This document shows positions 9,115 to 18,151 of a DNA stretch of 55,645 bases, piece by piece. The translations under genes were made by a program, and so were the position numbers. Position 1 is the stretch's first letter. The number at the start of each line of letters is the position of its first letter. The DNA comes from Candidatus Pacearchaeota archaeon CG1_02_39_14 (GTDB taxonomy: Archaea; Nanobdellota; Nanobdellia; Pacearchaeales; GW2011-AR1), in assembly GCA_001872315.1 (NCBI GenBank), contig MNVZ01000026.1:1-55645 (forward strand), given 5' to 3'. The notes beneath the pieces were generated by a model. It had not been told where the DNA came from and ran no database searches. It saw nothing but the letters and a program-made list of their open reading frames with translations.

Positions 9115-9488
9115 TGTTTCAAGGAAAAGAAGTTAGTGTGAGGCTTTCAGAGGAAGCAGATATGGTTTATCAGGAACTAAATGAAATAGTTGGGAAAGAA
9201 AAGTTAAAAGGAATTGATAGCTCTTTTCATCAGACATTGTTAAGGTCGATAAATAGAGTGAGAGATTTATTAAAGCAAAATCCTTTTGCAGGCGATCAAG
9301 TTTCAAAAAGGCAGATTCCCCCAAGATATATTCAAAAATTTGATGTAGATAACGCCTGGAGAATTGAACTAGCAGATAGATGGAGATTAGTTTACACAAT
9401 TACAGGAAATCAAATTGAAATCATAACTTTTGTCATGGATATCTTTGACCATAGGGATTATGATAAAGTTTTTGGGTATAAACATTAG
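9114..9488 (+). CDS. RelE/ParE-superfamily toxin-like protein
   Basis: NPFAG, WRIEL..RWRLVYTI, DHRDYD pattern; coupled to the wHTH gene. Confidence 0.7.
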   Translation: MFQGKEVSVRLSEEADMVYQELNEIVGKEKLKGIDSSFHQTLLRSINRVRDLLKQNPFAGDQVSKRQIPPRYIQKFDVDNAWRIELADRWRLVYTITGNQIEIITFVMDIFDHRDYDKVFGYKH

Positions 9489-9491
9489 TAA

Positions 9492-10598
9492 TTAATTTTT
9501 CAGCATAAACTTTCCCAGACTTGACTTGGCCCTCTTCTTATTTTCCTGATGTTTTTTTAGAAAGGCATTTATCTTATCAATCGCATATTTTTTCAGCTCG
9601 CCTGTTGTCATCTTTCCTGACCTATAATCAGACTCTATCTTTGCTAATTTTTTGTCATCTTCTTCAAAAAAATACTTCAGGTATTGGAAGGACATGTCTA
9701 TATCCGGGTTCCCTCCGTGCTTCCTGTGCTCTTCAAGAGTATCCTTTCCTCCTGAAAAAGCATATTTGTTAATTTTGTTTTTAACTTCTGATGGAGAATC
9801 TGACAGGTATATCACATCCTGACCTTCATCAGAGGACGACATTTTTGAACTGCCCCTCAAACCCGGGAGAAATTTTGAATGGATTGTTGCGGGCTTCTGG
9901 AATCCAAGAGATGAGTGCTGGGCAATGTCTCTCGCTATCCTCATATAAGGATCCTGGTCGATGCCTATGGGAACCAGAGTATGGTGCTTTCCTGATTTAA
10001 ACTGGGGAAAAAGGATATGTGCTGCCTGTACTGCAGGATAGAAAGTCCAGCCGATATTTGTCTCCGGCTTTAGCCCAAAAACTGCTTTTGCTGTTGAGTA
10101 AGATATTAGCTTGGCAGTTTTTATTGCAAGAGGATAAATTGGATATGAAGTGTCTTTGAAGATGAAAGTCTTGCCTGGTTTGAATCCAAGAGCAATTATG
10201 TCCAGAATGTTGTCATCTGCAAACTTTTGCGCCTCTTCCAAGGACAGCTTGGGCTTGACAAGGAATTTCTCATCGTCAGATATAGGGATATATACGGGGC
10301 AGTTCAACTTTTCCTGAAATGCCTTTGAAAGGACAAATGGAATTAAATGCCCAAGATGCATTTTCTCTGAACTCCCCCTGCCTGTGAGTATTGAAACTTT
10401 TTTTCCTGATTTTGCTGCATTTAGCCAGGCATTAAAATCCCTATGCGAATAATAAAATCCTCTCCTTATCAAATGATGCAAATCAGAATTATCAGCGTCT
10501 GATGAGTCTAGCAGGACCGCACCAAACTCTTTTGTTAGTTTATTATAGTCTATGTCCCCTGAAACGCTCCATGGTGTCATTGATGGCTTTTTCATCAA
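9492..10598 (-). CDS. trpS: Tryptophanyl-tRNA synthetase, archaeal/eukaryotic type
   Basis: TPW, TGRG, HLGH, GIDQDPY, KMSSS, KYAFSGG. Confidence 0.96.
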   Translation of the reverse strand: MMKKPSMTPWSVSGDIDYNKLTKEFGAVLLDSSDADNSDLHHLIRRGFYYSHRDFNAWLNAAKSGKKVSILTGRGSSEKMHLGHLIPFVLSKAFQEKLNCPVYIPISDDEKFLVKPKLSLEEAQKFADDNILDIIALGFKPGKTFIFKDTSYPIYPLAIKTAKLISYSTAKAVFGLKPETNIGWTFYPAVQAAHILFPQFKSGKHHTLVPIGIDQDPYMRIARDIAQHSSLGFQKPATIHSKFLPGLRGSSKMSSSDEGQDVIYLSDSPSEVKNKINKYAFSGGKDTLEEHRKHGGNPDIDMSFQYLKYFFEEDDKKLAKIESDYRSGKMTTGELKKYAIDKINAFLKKHQENKKRAKSSLGKFMLKN

Positions 10599-10687
10599 TA
10601 AGATAAGGGAAGGAGATTTATAAAGATTCTTGGAAGATTATTAAGCAAACCAGTAATGTTTATAATAAACAGGCGACTGGAGAGTGA

Positions 10688-10903
10688 ATGAATCTGGAAA
10701 CTGGAGTTGACTTCCAAATAATTGACGAAGAAGCAGATGTTGAGAAAGGAGCTCTGGATGGAAAGAAGGAATTGTATAACTCCCGAATTGGAAGGATTGT
10801 GAGAGCCGGCAGGAGAAGAAGGGAACAAGAAAGAGTTGCAGCAGCACTGGAATCCTATAACAGGCACTTTAATCCTAACAGCCCGCAATATATTGGCAGG
10901 TAA
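10688..10903 (+). CDS. Small hypothetical protein
   Basis: 71-aa ORF filling the gap, purine-rich codon usage, upstream TATA and GGAG. Confidence 0.55.
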   Translation: MNLETGVDFQIIDEEADVEKGALDGKKELYNSRIGRIVRAGRRRREQERVAAALESYNRHFNPNSPQYIGR

Positions 10904-10934
10904 GGTTTATATATAAAATCCGATTAAGATTTGA

Positions 10935-12836
10935 ATGAAAAGAGAGATACTGATAATATTGCTGCTTATTCTTGTTCTTCCTTCGATTTCAGCAGAGATA
11001 CTCTTGAGCCAGCCTGAAAATGTTTACAACCTTAGGGACAACATGGACATCCAGATAATCTTAAGGCCTAATGTTGAGATAAATGATTTTCTTTTGTCGC
11101 AGCTAATTTGCAATAACATTACATTTGACATTTACAGGAATTACTTTAACTTAGGCTCCGGGGAAGAGAGGACGGTAGACATTAATTTTCTGATAGATAA
11201 TTCCCTTGGGTTAGGAGAGCAGGAGAACTGTTATATCAGGGCAAGCTTCGGGGAAGATGTTGCAGAGAGCAGAACTTTTGATATTACGAGAGAGATTTCT
11301 GTTGGCTTGAGTGTTGTGAAAAGAGTTTGGAACCCAGGGGAGATTATGGCAATCTCTGGTACAGCGACCAAAATGAACGGAGAAGGCGCTTCAGGAATCG
11401 CTGACATAATCATAGAGCCTGCAGGTGTTTCCTTGAGTGCATTGGTTTCAAACGGGATATTTAATGCCAGCCTGATTCTTCCTGAAGCCCATTCCGGAGA
11501 ACAAAATTTGAGCGTAAGGGTCTATGAAAAGAACAGCAGGAATGAAGTGACTAATGAAGGGAGATCTGACAGAATTATAGAGATAAGGCAAACCCTGAAG
11601 AATGTAAAGATAACTCTCGACTCTAATTCTATAGCGCCCGGGTCTGAAGTTGTATATAATGTTGAGCTTATCGACCAGGCCGGAAGTCAGATGGAAGGGG
11701 AAGTAGCAGTTACCATATTCAGGCCAAACGGATTGGCTTACAGTCAGGAGATAAGAAACTCTGGAGAACAGGCAAATCTGAAAGTTGAGCAAAATTTCAG
11801 CGCAGGGTACTGGAAGATTGAAGCGGTGTTTGGGGAAATTTCTGAAACCAAGCTGTTTTATGTTGAAGAAAGAAAGGATTTGATGTTCAGCATGATAAAC
11901 AGGACTCTTCTTATCACCAATGTCGGAAATGTTCCTTTTGAGGGTCCTATTGAGATACTTATAGGCTCTGAAAACGAGATAATTCATGTGAGCCTTGGCA
12001 TCGGAGAGAGCAAGAAATACAGATTATCTGCTCCTGAAGGAAGCTACCAGATTGTTGCAAAAGAAGGCGACAATGAAGTCAACTTTGGGGCAGTGTCCCT
12101 GACAGGAAAAGCAGTTGACGTTGGAGAGGTCAGCGACGGATTGGGAGATATTATAGGAAATAATCTTGCAGTCTGGATGCTGATAGTTCTTTTAGTAGGA
12201 GCAGTTTTGCTTATGTTCGTTTATAGGAGAGGGATAAGTGATGCATTGAGCCTTGTAAAAAGGAAGGGTGAAGGAGGAGAGGGAGTAATCTCAAACGGAG
12301 GGAAATTTGAAGCAGGAGTTATTTTACTTAATGCTCCTACAAAGATGGATGAAGCTTCTATGAAAAGCATTGAGAGGGCAATTTCAGCTGCTAAAAGCAA
12401 TGGAGCAGGAATCAACTTTGACGGGGAGCATAGGATAATGCTATTCACCCCCCTCTTAACTAAGAAGAAAGAGAATGCAGAAATAACTTTGAGGACAGCA
12501 AAAGAAATAGAGGAGATTCTGAAAGACCATAACAGAAGGCATTTCAACCAGATAAAATATGGAATAGGAGTCAATATCGGAGAAATAATCGCAGAATCTA
12601 GGGATGGAAGAGTCAGGTTTGTATCTGTTGGTAATGCAATAAGCCTCGCTAAGAAGATTTCAAACCAGGCAAAAGAAGAAGTCCTCGTGTCTGACACTTT
12701 CCATAAAAAGGTTCTTGGGGTGGGTAAATTTGAGAAGAAAGCCAATTACTGGAGAGTCTCGGGAGTCGCGGACAGGACTAAACACCAGGGATTCATAAAA
12801 GATTTTGTTGAAAAGCAGAAGGAAAAGAAAAACTAG
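10935..12836 (+). CDS. Single-pass membrane protein: extracellular beta-rich domains plus cytoplasmic degenerate class III nucleotidyl-cyclase-like domain
   Basis: Signal peptide; TM at ~aa 410-430; C-terminal YGIGVNIGE...VGNAISLAKKI...EVLVSD. Confidence 0.7.
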   Translation: MKREILIILLLILVLPSISAEILLSQPENVYNLRDNMDIQIILRPNVEINDFLLSQLICNNITFDIYRNYFNLGSGEERTVDINFLIDNSLGLGEQENCYIRASFGEDVAESRTFDITREISVGLSVVKRVWNPGEIMAISGTATKMNGEGASGIADIIIEPAGVSLSALVSNGIFNASLILPEAHSGEQNLSVRVYEKNSRNEVTNEGRSDRIIEIRQTLKNVKITLDSNSIAPGSEVVYNVELIDQAGSQMEGEVAVTIFRPNGLAYSQEIRNSGEQANLKVEQNFSAGYWKIEAVFGEISETKLFYVEERKDLMFSMINRTLLITNVGNVPFEGPIEILIGSENEIIHVSLGIGESKKYRLSAPEGSYQIVAKEGDNEVNFGAVSLTGKAVDVGEVSDGLGDIIGNNLAVWMLIVLLVGAVLLMFVYRRGISDALSLVKRKGEGGEGVISNGGKFEAGVILLNAPTKMDEASMKSIERAISAAKSNGAGINFDGEHRIMLFTPLLTKKKENAEITLRTAKEIEEILKDHNRRHFNQIKYGIGVNIGEIIAESRDGRVRFVSVGNAISLAKKISNQAKEEVLVSDTFHKKVLGVGKFEKKANYWRVSGVADRTKHQGFIKDFVEKQKEKKN

Positions 12837-13141
12837 ACTTTCTTTAATTTTCCATTGTCAAGATAATAGCCCTGAAATCCTATTTTTGCCCTGAAAAGAG
12901 ACTTGACTGATTTCATTTCTTTTTCGCCAAATCCGAGATTCTGTGCCTTCTTAACCAGATGTGCTTTAAGGCATCTTGGAGGAACTCTGTTGCAATCCTC
13001 AAGAATATTTCTTTTTATGAAATTGAATCCCTCTAATTTCAGCCCTAAGGGGAGAGGTGAATTTTTCAGGGCCTGAACACAGGGCTGCCCAAGTACATTT
13101 TTCGGCAGCTTTTCAAAATTAAAGTTGTATATTCCGGCCAT
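12833..13141 (-). CDS. Basic hypothetical protein
   Basis: ATG at 13141 (track begins at upstream TTG 13147); converges on the previous gene. Confidence 0.65.
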   Translation of the reverse strand: MAGIYNFNFEKLPKNVLGQPCVQALKNSPLPLGLKLEGFNFIKRNILEDCNRVPPRCLKAHLVKKAQNLGFGEKEMKSVKSLFRAKIGFQGYYLDNGKLKKV

Positions 13142-13170
13142 CGTCAAAAAATAAAAGGTTTGGCCAAGAC

Positions 13171-13251
13171 TTAGTTAATCTTAGTCTTAGAAATAAGAGT
13201 CTTGGTTACAATAGTCTTGCTAAAAATAATTTGGGATTGTAACCTATTCAT
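13171..13251 (-). CDS. Putative 26-aa leader peptide MNRLQSQIIFSKTIVTKTLISKTKIN
   Basis: Translated by hand; TTTATAAA begins 29 nt upstream of the ATG, the same spacing as at gltX; followed by a hairpin and U-tract. Confidence 0.55.
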   Translation of the reverse strand: MNRLQSQIIFSKTIVTKTLISKTKIN

Positions 13252-13290
13252 AAAAGACAGAAGGATAAATTATTTATAAACATTTGTATG

Positions 13291-14190
13291 TTACATGCTC
13301 TTCAGTCGCTTTATCCTTTCTTCCACGTCAGGGTGCGTCGCAAAAAGGCCTGAAATCTTTCTCTTAAATGGGTCTGAAATGAACAAAGGCGCAAGACCTT
13401 TAGCTACTCTATGCTTTTCCTTTTCTGAAACATGCTCGTTCTTTATCTTTGTCAGGGCATTTATCAGCCCCGGGGGATACCTTGTAAATTTAACTGCAGT
13501 GCTGTCTGCGAGAAATTCTCTTTTTCTTGAAATCGCTAGAGACACAAGCTGGGCAGCTATAGGGGCGAGGATAGCAAAAATGATTCCTACAAGAATAAGG
13601 ATTGCCCCCGCTTTATTATCCCTGTCGCTCATGCCGGAGAACCAGAGACTTCTTATGAAAATCTGGGCAATTATAGATATCATCCCTATCATCACGGCTG
13701 TCAGAGTCATGAAGCGAATGTCATAGTTGGCTATGTGCGACATCTCATGCGCTATAACTCCCTCTAACTCTTGTTTGTTTAATTTTTTTAGAGCGCCGGA
13801 AGTCATGCATATTACAGCTTTTTCAGGATTCCTGCCTGATGCAAATGCATTTATTTCCTCTGACTCCATCACGAATAATCTTGGCATTGGCAATCCGGAG
13901 GCAAGAGCCATATTTTCTGCTGCCTGATAAAAGTTAGGATGCCCTGATCTTGATGCAGGCCTTGCGCGGACTGATGCAAGCGCAATCTTGTCAGAATTGT
14001 AATAGCTTATCAGGACGTATGACATGGAGAAAATGATGGAGAAAATCATTATTATGAAAAAGTACGAGGGGTCAAGAATCAGGGAGATGAGGTATCCCAA
14101 AACAAGAAAGAAGATGAATATCAGGATTATTAGAAAAAATGATTTCAGCTTGTTTTTTTGGATTTGGTCATGGAAGGATATTTTTTGCAT
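13291..14190 (-). CDS. htpX: M48 zinc metalloprotease HtpX
   Basis: NAFASG, HEMSH, REFLAD, THP; several TM helices. Confidence 0.93.
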   Translation of the reverse strand: MQKISFHDQIQKNKLKSFFLIILIFIFFLVLGYLISLILDPSYFFIIMIFSIIFSMSYVLISYYNSDKIALASVRARPASRSGHPNFYQAAENMALASGLPMPRLFVMESEEINAFASGRNPEKAVICMTSGALKKLNKQELEGVIAHEMSHIANYDIRFMTLTAVMIGMISIIAQIFIRSLWFSGMSDRDNKAGAILILVGIIFAILAPIAAQLVSLAISRKREFLADSTAVKFTRYPPGLINALTKIKNEHVSEKEKHRVAKGLAPLFISDPFKRKISGLFATHPDVEERIKRLKSM

Positions 14191-14260
14191 TTATTATCAG
14201 CCAGAAGGATTATTTAAAACTATTAGCAATATTTATAAAAGGCTTTTAACTATATAATTT

Positions 14261-14476
14261 ATGAATAGAAAAGGGGTCTCAGGCAAGGCGATTGCAATTG
14301 TTATTATCCTTGTGTTGTTACTCGCTGCGGTATTCTACTTCATGTCCCAGGAGGACGCAAGTGAAAGCTCAGGAGACAGTGAAGAACTTGATGACTTCGG
14401 AGAAGCAATAGACTCTACAGGCAATATAGACAGTGAGCTTGGCCTTGATGAAGATTTTGAATACGGGATTGAATGA
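14261..14476 (+). CDS. Small acidic protein with class III-like signal peptide
   Basis: MNRKG/VS plus hydrophobic helix, then D/E-rich tail; TATA at ~14232. Confidence 0.7.
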   Translation: MNRKGVSGKAIAIVIILVLLLAAVFYFMSQEDASESSGDSEELDDFGEAIDSTGNIDSELGLDEDFEYGIE

Positions 14477-14614
14477 TTATTTTTTGGTTAAAAGTTTCCA
14501 GTTGTAAATAGAGATTATTACTGCGGGAATTATGAACAGCCAGTCCAATAAGAAAGTAAGTGCCAGGCAGACTAATGCGATTATTGACAGGAGAACTACT
14601 TTTTTGTTTTTCAT
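14477..14614 (-). CDS. 45-aa membrane microprotein (not in ORF track)
   Basis: MKNKKVVLLSIIALVCLALTFLLDWLFIIPAVIISIYNWKLLTKK; ATG directly abuts the lemA stop and fills the gap exactly. Confidence 0.7.
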   Translation of the reverse strand: MKNKKVVLLSIIALVCLALTFLLDWLFIIPAVIISIYNWKLLTKK

Positions 14615-15169
14615 TTAGAATGATACTTTTGGAACTGCCCTTGATTCCTGCGGGATTTGAAGAAATTGCTTTGCTTTTTTCCCATAGAGATTTGCAAACA
14701 TATTTCCAGGGAAAGACTGGCAGGCATTGTTGTATGTGAGTATTGAATCGTTATAGAATTGTCTTGAGTACGCAATTCTGTCTTCTATTGCTGACAGTTC
14801 ATTCTGCAACTGCAGGAAATTCTCATTTGCCCTTAATTGCGGATAATTCTCTGCGATAGCAAATAATTTCCCAAGTGACCTTTCAAGCTCGGCCCCTGCT
14901 TTAACTCTTTTTTCAAACCCTTTTGCGTTCATAAGAAGATTTCTGGCTTTAGTGACTTCTGTCATTATCCCCTTTTCATGCTTCGCATAACCCTTAACCG
15001 AATTTATAAGATTCGGCACAAGGTCTGCACGTTTTCTCAACTGGACGTCTATCTGCGAGAGAGAGTTATCAATCCTATTCCCTAAGACAACAAACCTGTT
15101 GTAATAGTAGACGAAAACAATTGCTACCAGCACAACCAGTGCTATTATTATCCAGAAGATGGCTTCCAT
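14615..15169 (-). CDS. lemA: LemA family protein
   Basis: N-terminal TM, YN, RADLVPNL, AENYPQL, RQFYND, FP. Confidence 0.95.
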   Translation of the reverse strand: MEAIFWIIIALVVLVAIVFVYYYNRFVVLGNRIDNSLSQIDVQLRKRADLVPNLINSVKGYAKHEKGIMTEVTKARNLLMNAKGFEKRVKAGAELERSLGKLFAIAENYPQLRANENFLQLQNELSAIEDRIAYSRQFYNDSILTYNNACQSFPGNMFANLYGKKAKQFLQIPQESRAVPKVSF

Positions 15170-15242
15170 TATATGGATAAGAAATGGATTTTATAAATAT
15201 ATCCCTTAGAAAGGATTAAAAGTCGGAGAATATTTGATTGAA

Positions 15243-15623
15243 ATGGATGCAAAAAGAAAAGTAATAGTCAGCTTTTTTGTCCTAATAGTAGTTCTTGGGG
15301 GAATGTATTTTTTTACTGATTGGTTTTCGAAAACTATCGGCTATTTTACCGGAGAGCCACAGAAGATAAGGCTTATGGAATGCATGCAGGAGAAAGGTGC
15401 CGTGTTCTACTTTTCAGAGAACTGCCCGCACTGCCAGGAGCAAAAAAGAATAATAGGGAAAGAGGCTCTAAGCTATTTTGGAAATATGGTTGATTGTGAC
15501 TTTGATACCTATTTATGCCGGGAACTTAAAGGGGTGCCTGCCTGGAAAATAAATGGAAATATCTACTATGGTGTCCGGCAGATTGATGAGCTTGGAGAAA
15601 TTTCAGGATGCCTTGCTGAATAA
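15243..15623 (+). CDS. Membrane-anchored thioredoxin-like protein (CPHC)
   Basis: TM, CPHCQEQK, VDC...C, GVPAWKING; start probably ATG 15243. Confidence 0.75.
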   Translation: MDAKRKVIVSFFVLIVVLGGMYFFTDWFSKTIGYFTGEPQKIRLMECMQEKGAVFYFSENCPHCQEQKRIIGKEALSYFGNMVDCDFDTYLCRELKGVPAWKINGNIYYGVRQIDELGEISGCLAE

Positions 15624-15659
15624 TGTAAGATTTATTAATGAATTTCCCTTACTGATGCT

Positions 15660-16316
15660 ATGAAAAGATTGCTTGTTTTCCTTGCTCTTGCTGTGGCTTT
15701 TGCTAATCTTGTTTCCGCTGTTGAGGTTGCTGGAGAGGTCTACAGCACTGATTTTGAGATTGTCAGCGAGGTAGTTGTCAAAGTTCTTTCCACGGGGGGA
15801 AATGTTCTTCAGTCAGAGATATCTGAATCTGGAAGATATGAGTTTGACCTCTCTGAAGGAGAGTATATTGTTAAAGCAGAAGTTTATCGGGACGGAATAC
15901 TTGTCCTTGAAGGAGGGGAGAGAATAGAGGTCGGAGGAGTCGCTCTGAATGTCGATTTAATTGTCCTGCCAAGTTTTGGAGATGAAGAGCTCTTTGATAA
16001 CTTTGACGTGAGCACAGATATTGAAGCAGAGGGCATCTCTTTCCTTATTCTGGCAGTGATTGCGATTGCCGTTGCGGCAGTCATTGCATTTTATTATTGG
16101 AAGAGAGGGCCAAAACCTAAAGAAGAGCTGCCAAAGGACCTCAAAGAGATTGTGAAAATGATTGAAAGGAAAGGTGGAAGAGTGAACCAGGTTGATTTGA
16201 GAAAGGAGCTGCAGTTTTCGGAGGCGAAGGTGAGCCTAATGCTTGCTGACCTTGAAAACAGAGGCTGGATAAAGAGGATAAAAAAAGGAAGAGGAAACAT
16301 TTTAGTTCTTCAGTGA
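15660..16316 (+). CDS. Membrane protein with extracellular domain and C-terminal winged HTH (COG2512-like)
   Basis: Signal peptide, TM, GGRVNQ.DL...SEAKVSLML.DLE.RG.I...KKGRGN. Confidence 0.8.
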   Translation: MKRLLVFLALAVAFANLVSAVEVAGEVYSTDFEIVSEVVVKVLSTGGNVLQSEISESGRYEFDLSEGEYIVKAEVYRDGILVLEGGERIEVGGVALNVDLIVLPSFGDEELFDNFDVSTDIEAEGISFLILAVIAIAVAAVIAFYYWKRGPKPKEELPKDLKEIVKMIERKGGRVNQVDLRKELQFSEAKVSLMLADLENRGWIKRIKKGRGNILVLQ

Positions 16317-16891
16317 GAAGATTTCTTAGAAAATGAGCTAAAAATTCTTGCGCTGACTTCCTCAACTGTCCCAAGGCCGTTGATTTTTATTACACTCCCA
16401 AGATACATTTCAAGCACCTCGTGGGTTTGCTGATTGTAAATTTTAATCCTGTTTCTTATAATATCCTCGCTGGCATCGTCCGGCCTGCCCTCAATTTTTG
16501 CCCTTTTAAGAAGCCTTTTTACTATTTCCTCGTCAGGAATTTCCAGGGAGATTACTGCAGTGATATCAATAAAAGAAGAAATCATCACTGCCTGTTCAGG
16601 ATTTCTTGGGATTCCATCGAGAAGGATTATCTGTTCATTGGGGTCGTATCCTCCTGATTCTATTGATTTCTTGAGATTTTGCTTCAATAAATCAACTATC
16701 ATCCCGTCGGAAATAAGGTTTCCTGCATCTATCCTTTCCCTTATCCGCTTCCCGAGATTAGTACTTGTGTCGACATTCCTGCACATCTCACCAGTTGAAA
16801 AATGCACATATCTCTTTGGGAAAAGTTTAGCCTGTGTTCCCTTTCCGCTCCCCGGAGGGCCAAAAATAACTATCGCCCTGTATTTGTCCAT
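16310..16891 (-). CDS. adk: Adenylate kinase, bacterial short-LID type
   Basis: GPPGSGKGTQA, HFSTGEMCR, LDGIPRNPEQA, GRPDD. Confidence 0.92.
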   Translation of the reverse strand: MDKYRAIVIFGPPGSGKGTQAKLFPKRYVHFSTGEMCRNVDTSTNLGKRIRERIDAGNLISDGMIVDLLKQNLKKSIESGGYDPNEQIILLDGIPRNPEQAVMISSFIDITAVISLEIPDEEIVKRLLKRAKIEGRPDDASEDIIRNRIKIYNQQTHEVLEMYLGSVIKINGLGTVEEVSARIFSSFSKKSSH

Positions 16892-16967
16892 GAGCTACCT
16901 GGGATAGAAGATATTAAAATATTTTGGATAAGATAAAAGTTAAAAGCCCTGCTTACTTATTTTGTTC

Positions 16968-18041
16968 ATGAAAGAAGTATATCTCGATTACGCTGCGACA
17001 ACGCCGGTTTATCCTGAAGTTGTTAAAGTTGTGAATAGATTCATGGAAAAGGATTATGGGAATCCAGGGTCTCTTCATGATAAGGGCCAGCAGGCGCTTA
17101 AGGCGATTTCAGAGGCGAGAAAAAGAATTGCCTTAGAAATAGGATGCAGGCCGGAAGAGGTAATCTTCACTTCAGGAGCAACAGAGGCAAATAATATTGC
17201 TTTGAGATGCTCGGGTAGAAAGAAAATACTTGTTTCGGCTATTGAACACCCTTCTGTTATGGAAACTGCAAAAAATTGGGCAGGAAAGTTGGTTATAATC
17301 CCTGTTGATGAGAATGGCTTTGTAGATACTGGATTTATAGAAAAAGAGGCGGATGAAAACTCCCTGGTGTCTGTAATGCATGTCAACAATATATTTGGCA
17401 CAATTCAGGATATAGACGAGATAGGAAAAATTTGCAGGAAAAAGAAAGCCTTGTTTCATACGGATGCGGTGCAAAGCTTTGGAAAGGTTAATTTTGGAAA
17501 TAGCTTTGACTTGCTCTCTGCTTCTGCCCATAAAATAGGAGGGCCAAAAGGAATTGGAATCTTAGTTGCGAAGAAAAACGCAAAGCTGGATCCCTGGACA
17601 TATGGAGGAGGACAGGAATTTGGATTGAGAAGCGGGACTGAAAATGTTCCAGGGATAATGGGATTTGCAAAAGCCCTTGAAATGCAAAAAAAGGCTGACT
17701 GGAGAAAGATAGAAAGGTTAAGGGACAAGCTTATTGAAGGGCTTGAAAAGCTGGGAAGCAAGATTAATGGAAGCAAGGACAAAAGAATATGGAATAATAT
17801 TCATTTTAGTTTTCCTGGAAGAGAGAGTGAAGAAACTGTGCTCGCCCTGTCGTTAAAAGGATTATATGTTTCTACAGGAAGCGCTTGTGACAGCAAAAAA
17901 ACGGAAGAATACGTCCTAAAGGCAATTGGACTAAAAAAAGATGAGATTGAATCAGGAATAAGAATCACTCTTGGATGGAAGACGAAGGAAGAACATGTTG
18001 ACCTTCTCCTTAAAGAATTAAGAAAGATATTGCTGGGATAG
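16968..18041 (+). CDS. iscS: Cysteine desulfurase (IscS/NifS)
   Basis: YLDYAATTP, FTSGATEANN, HTDAVQ, SAHKIGGPKG, RSGTEN, STGSAC. Confidence 0.94.
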   Translation: MKEVYLDYAATTPVYPEVVKVVNRFMEKDYGNPGSLHDKGQQALKAISEARKRIALEIGCRPEEVIFTSGATEANNIALRCSGRKKILVSAIEHPSVMETAKNWAGKLVIIPVDENGFVDTGFIEKEADENSLVSVMHVNNIFGTIQDIDEIGKICRKKKALFHTDAVQSFGKVNFGNSFDLLSASAHKIGGPKGIGILVAKKNAKLDPWTYGGGQEFGLRSGTENVPGIMGFAKALEMQKKADWRKIERLRDKLIEGLEKLGSKINGSKDKRIWNNIHFSFPGRESEETVLALSLKGLYVSTGSACDSKKTEEYVLKAIGLKKDEIESGIRITLGWKTKEEHVDLLLKELRKILLG

Positions 18042-18084
18042 ATTTAAAAGCCAGATGTTTCTGGTAATCGAGTCAGGAGATAAA

Positions 18085-18147
18085 ATGAAGAGAGCAGTAA
18101 GAAAGAATAGAAGAAAAAGAAAAATTATGAAAGCCCTTAAGAAATAA
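18085..18147 (+). CDS. 20-aa highly basic microprotein MKRAVRKNRRKRKIMKALKK
   Basis: Own TATA (TTTAAAAG ~18043) and AGGAGA site upstream; 12 of 20 residues are K/R. Confidence 0.55.
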   Translation: MKRAVRKNRRKRKIMKALKK

Positions 18148-18151
18148 TGCG

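Noticed and set aside
6866..9488. Provirus around the lysozyme
   Set aside because: No integrase, capsid, terminase, holin or att sites seen
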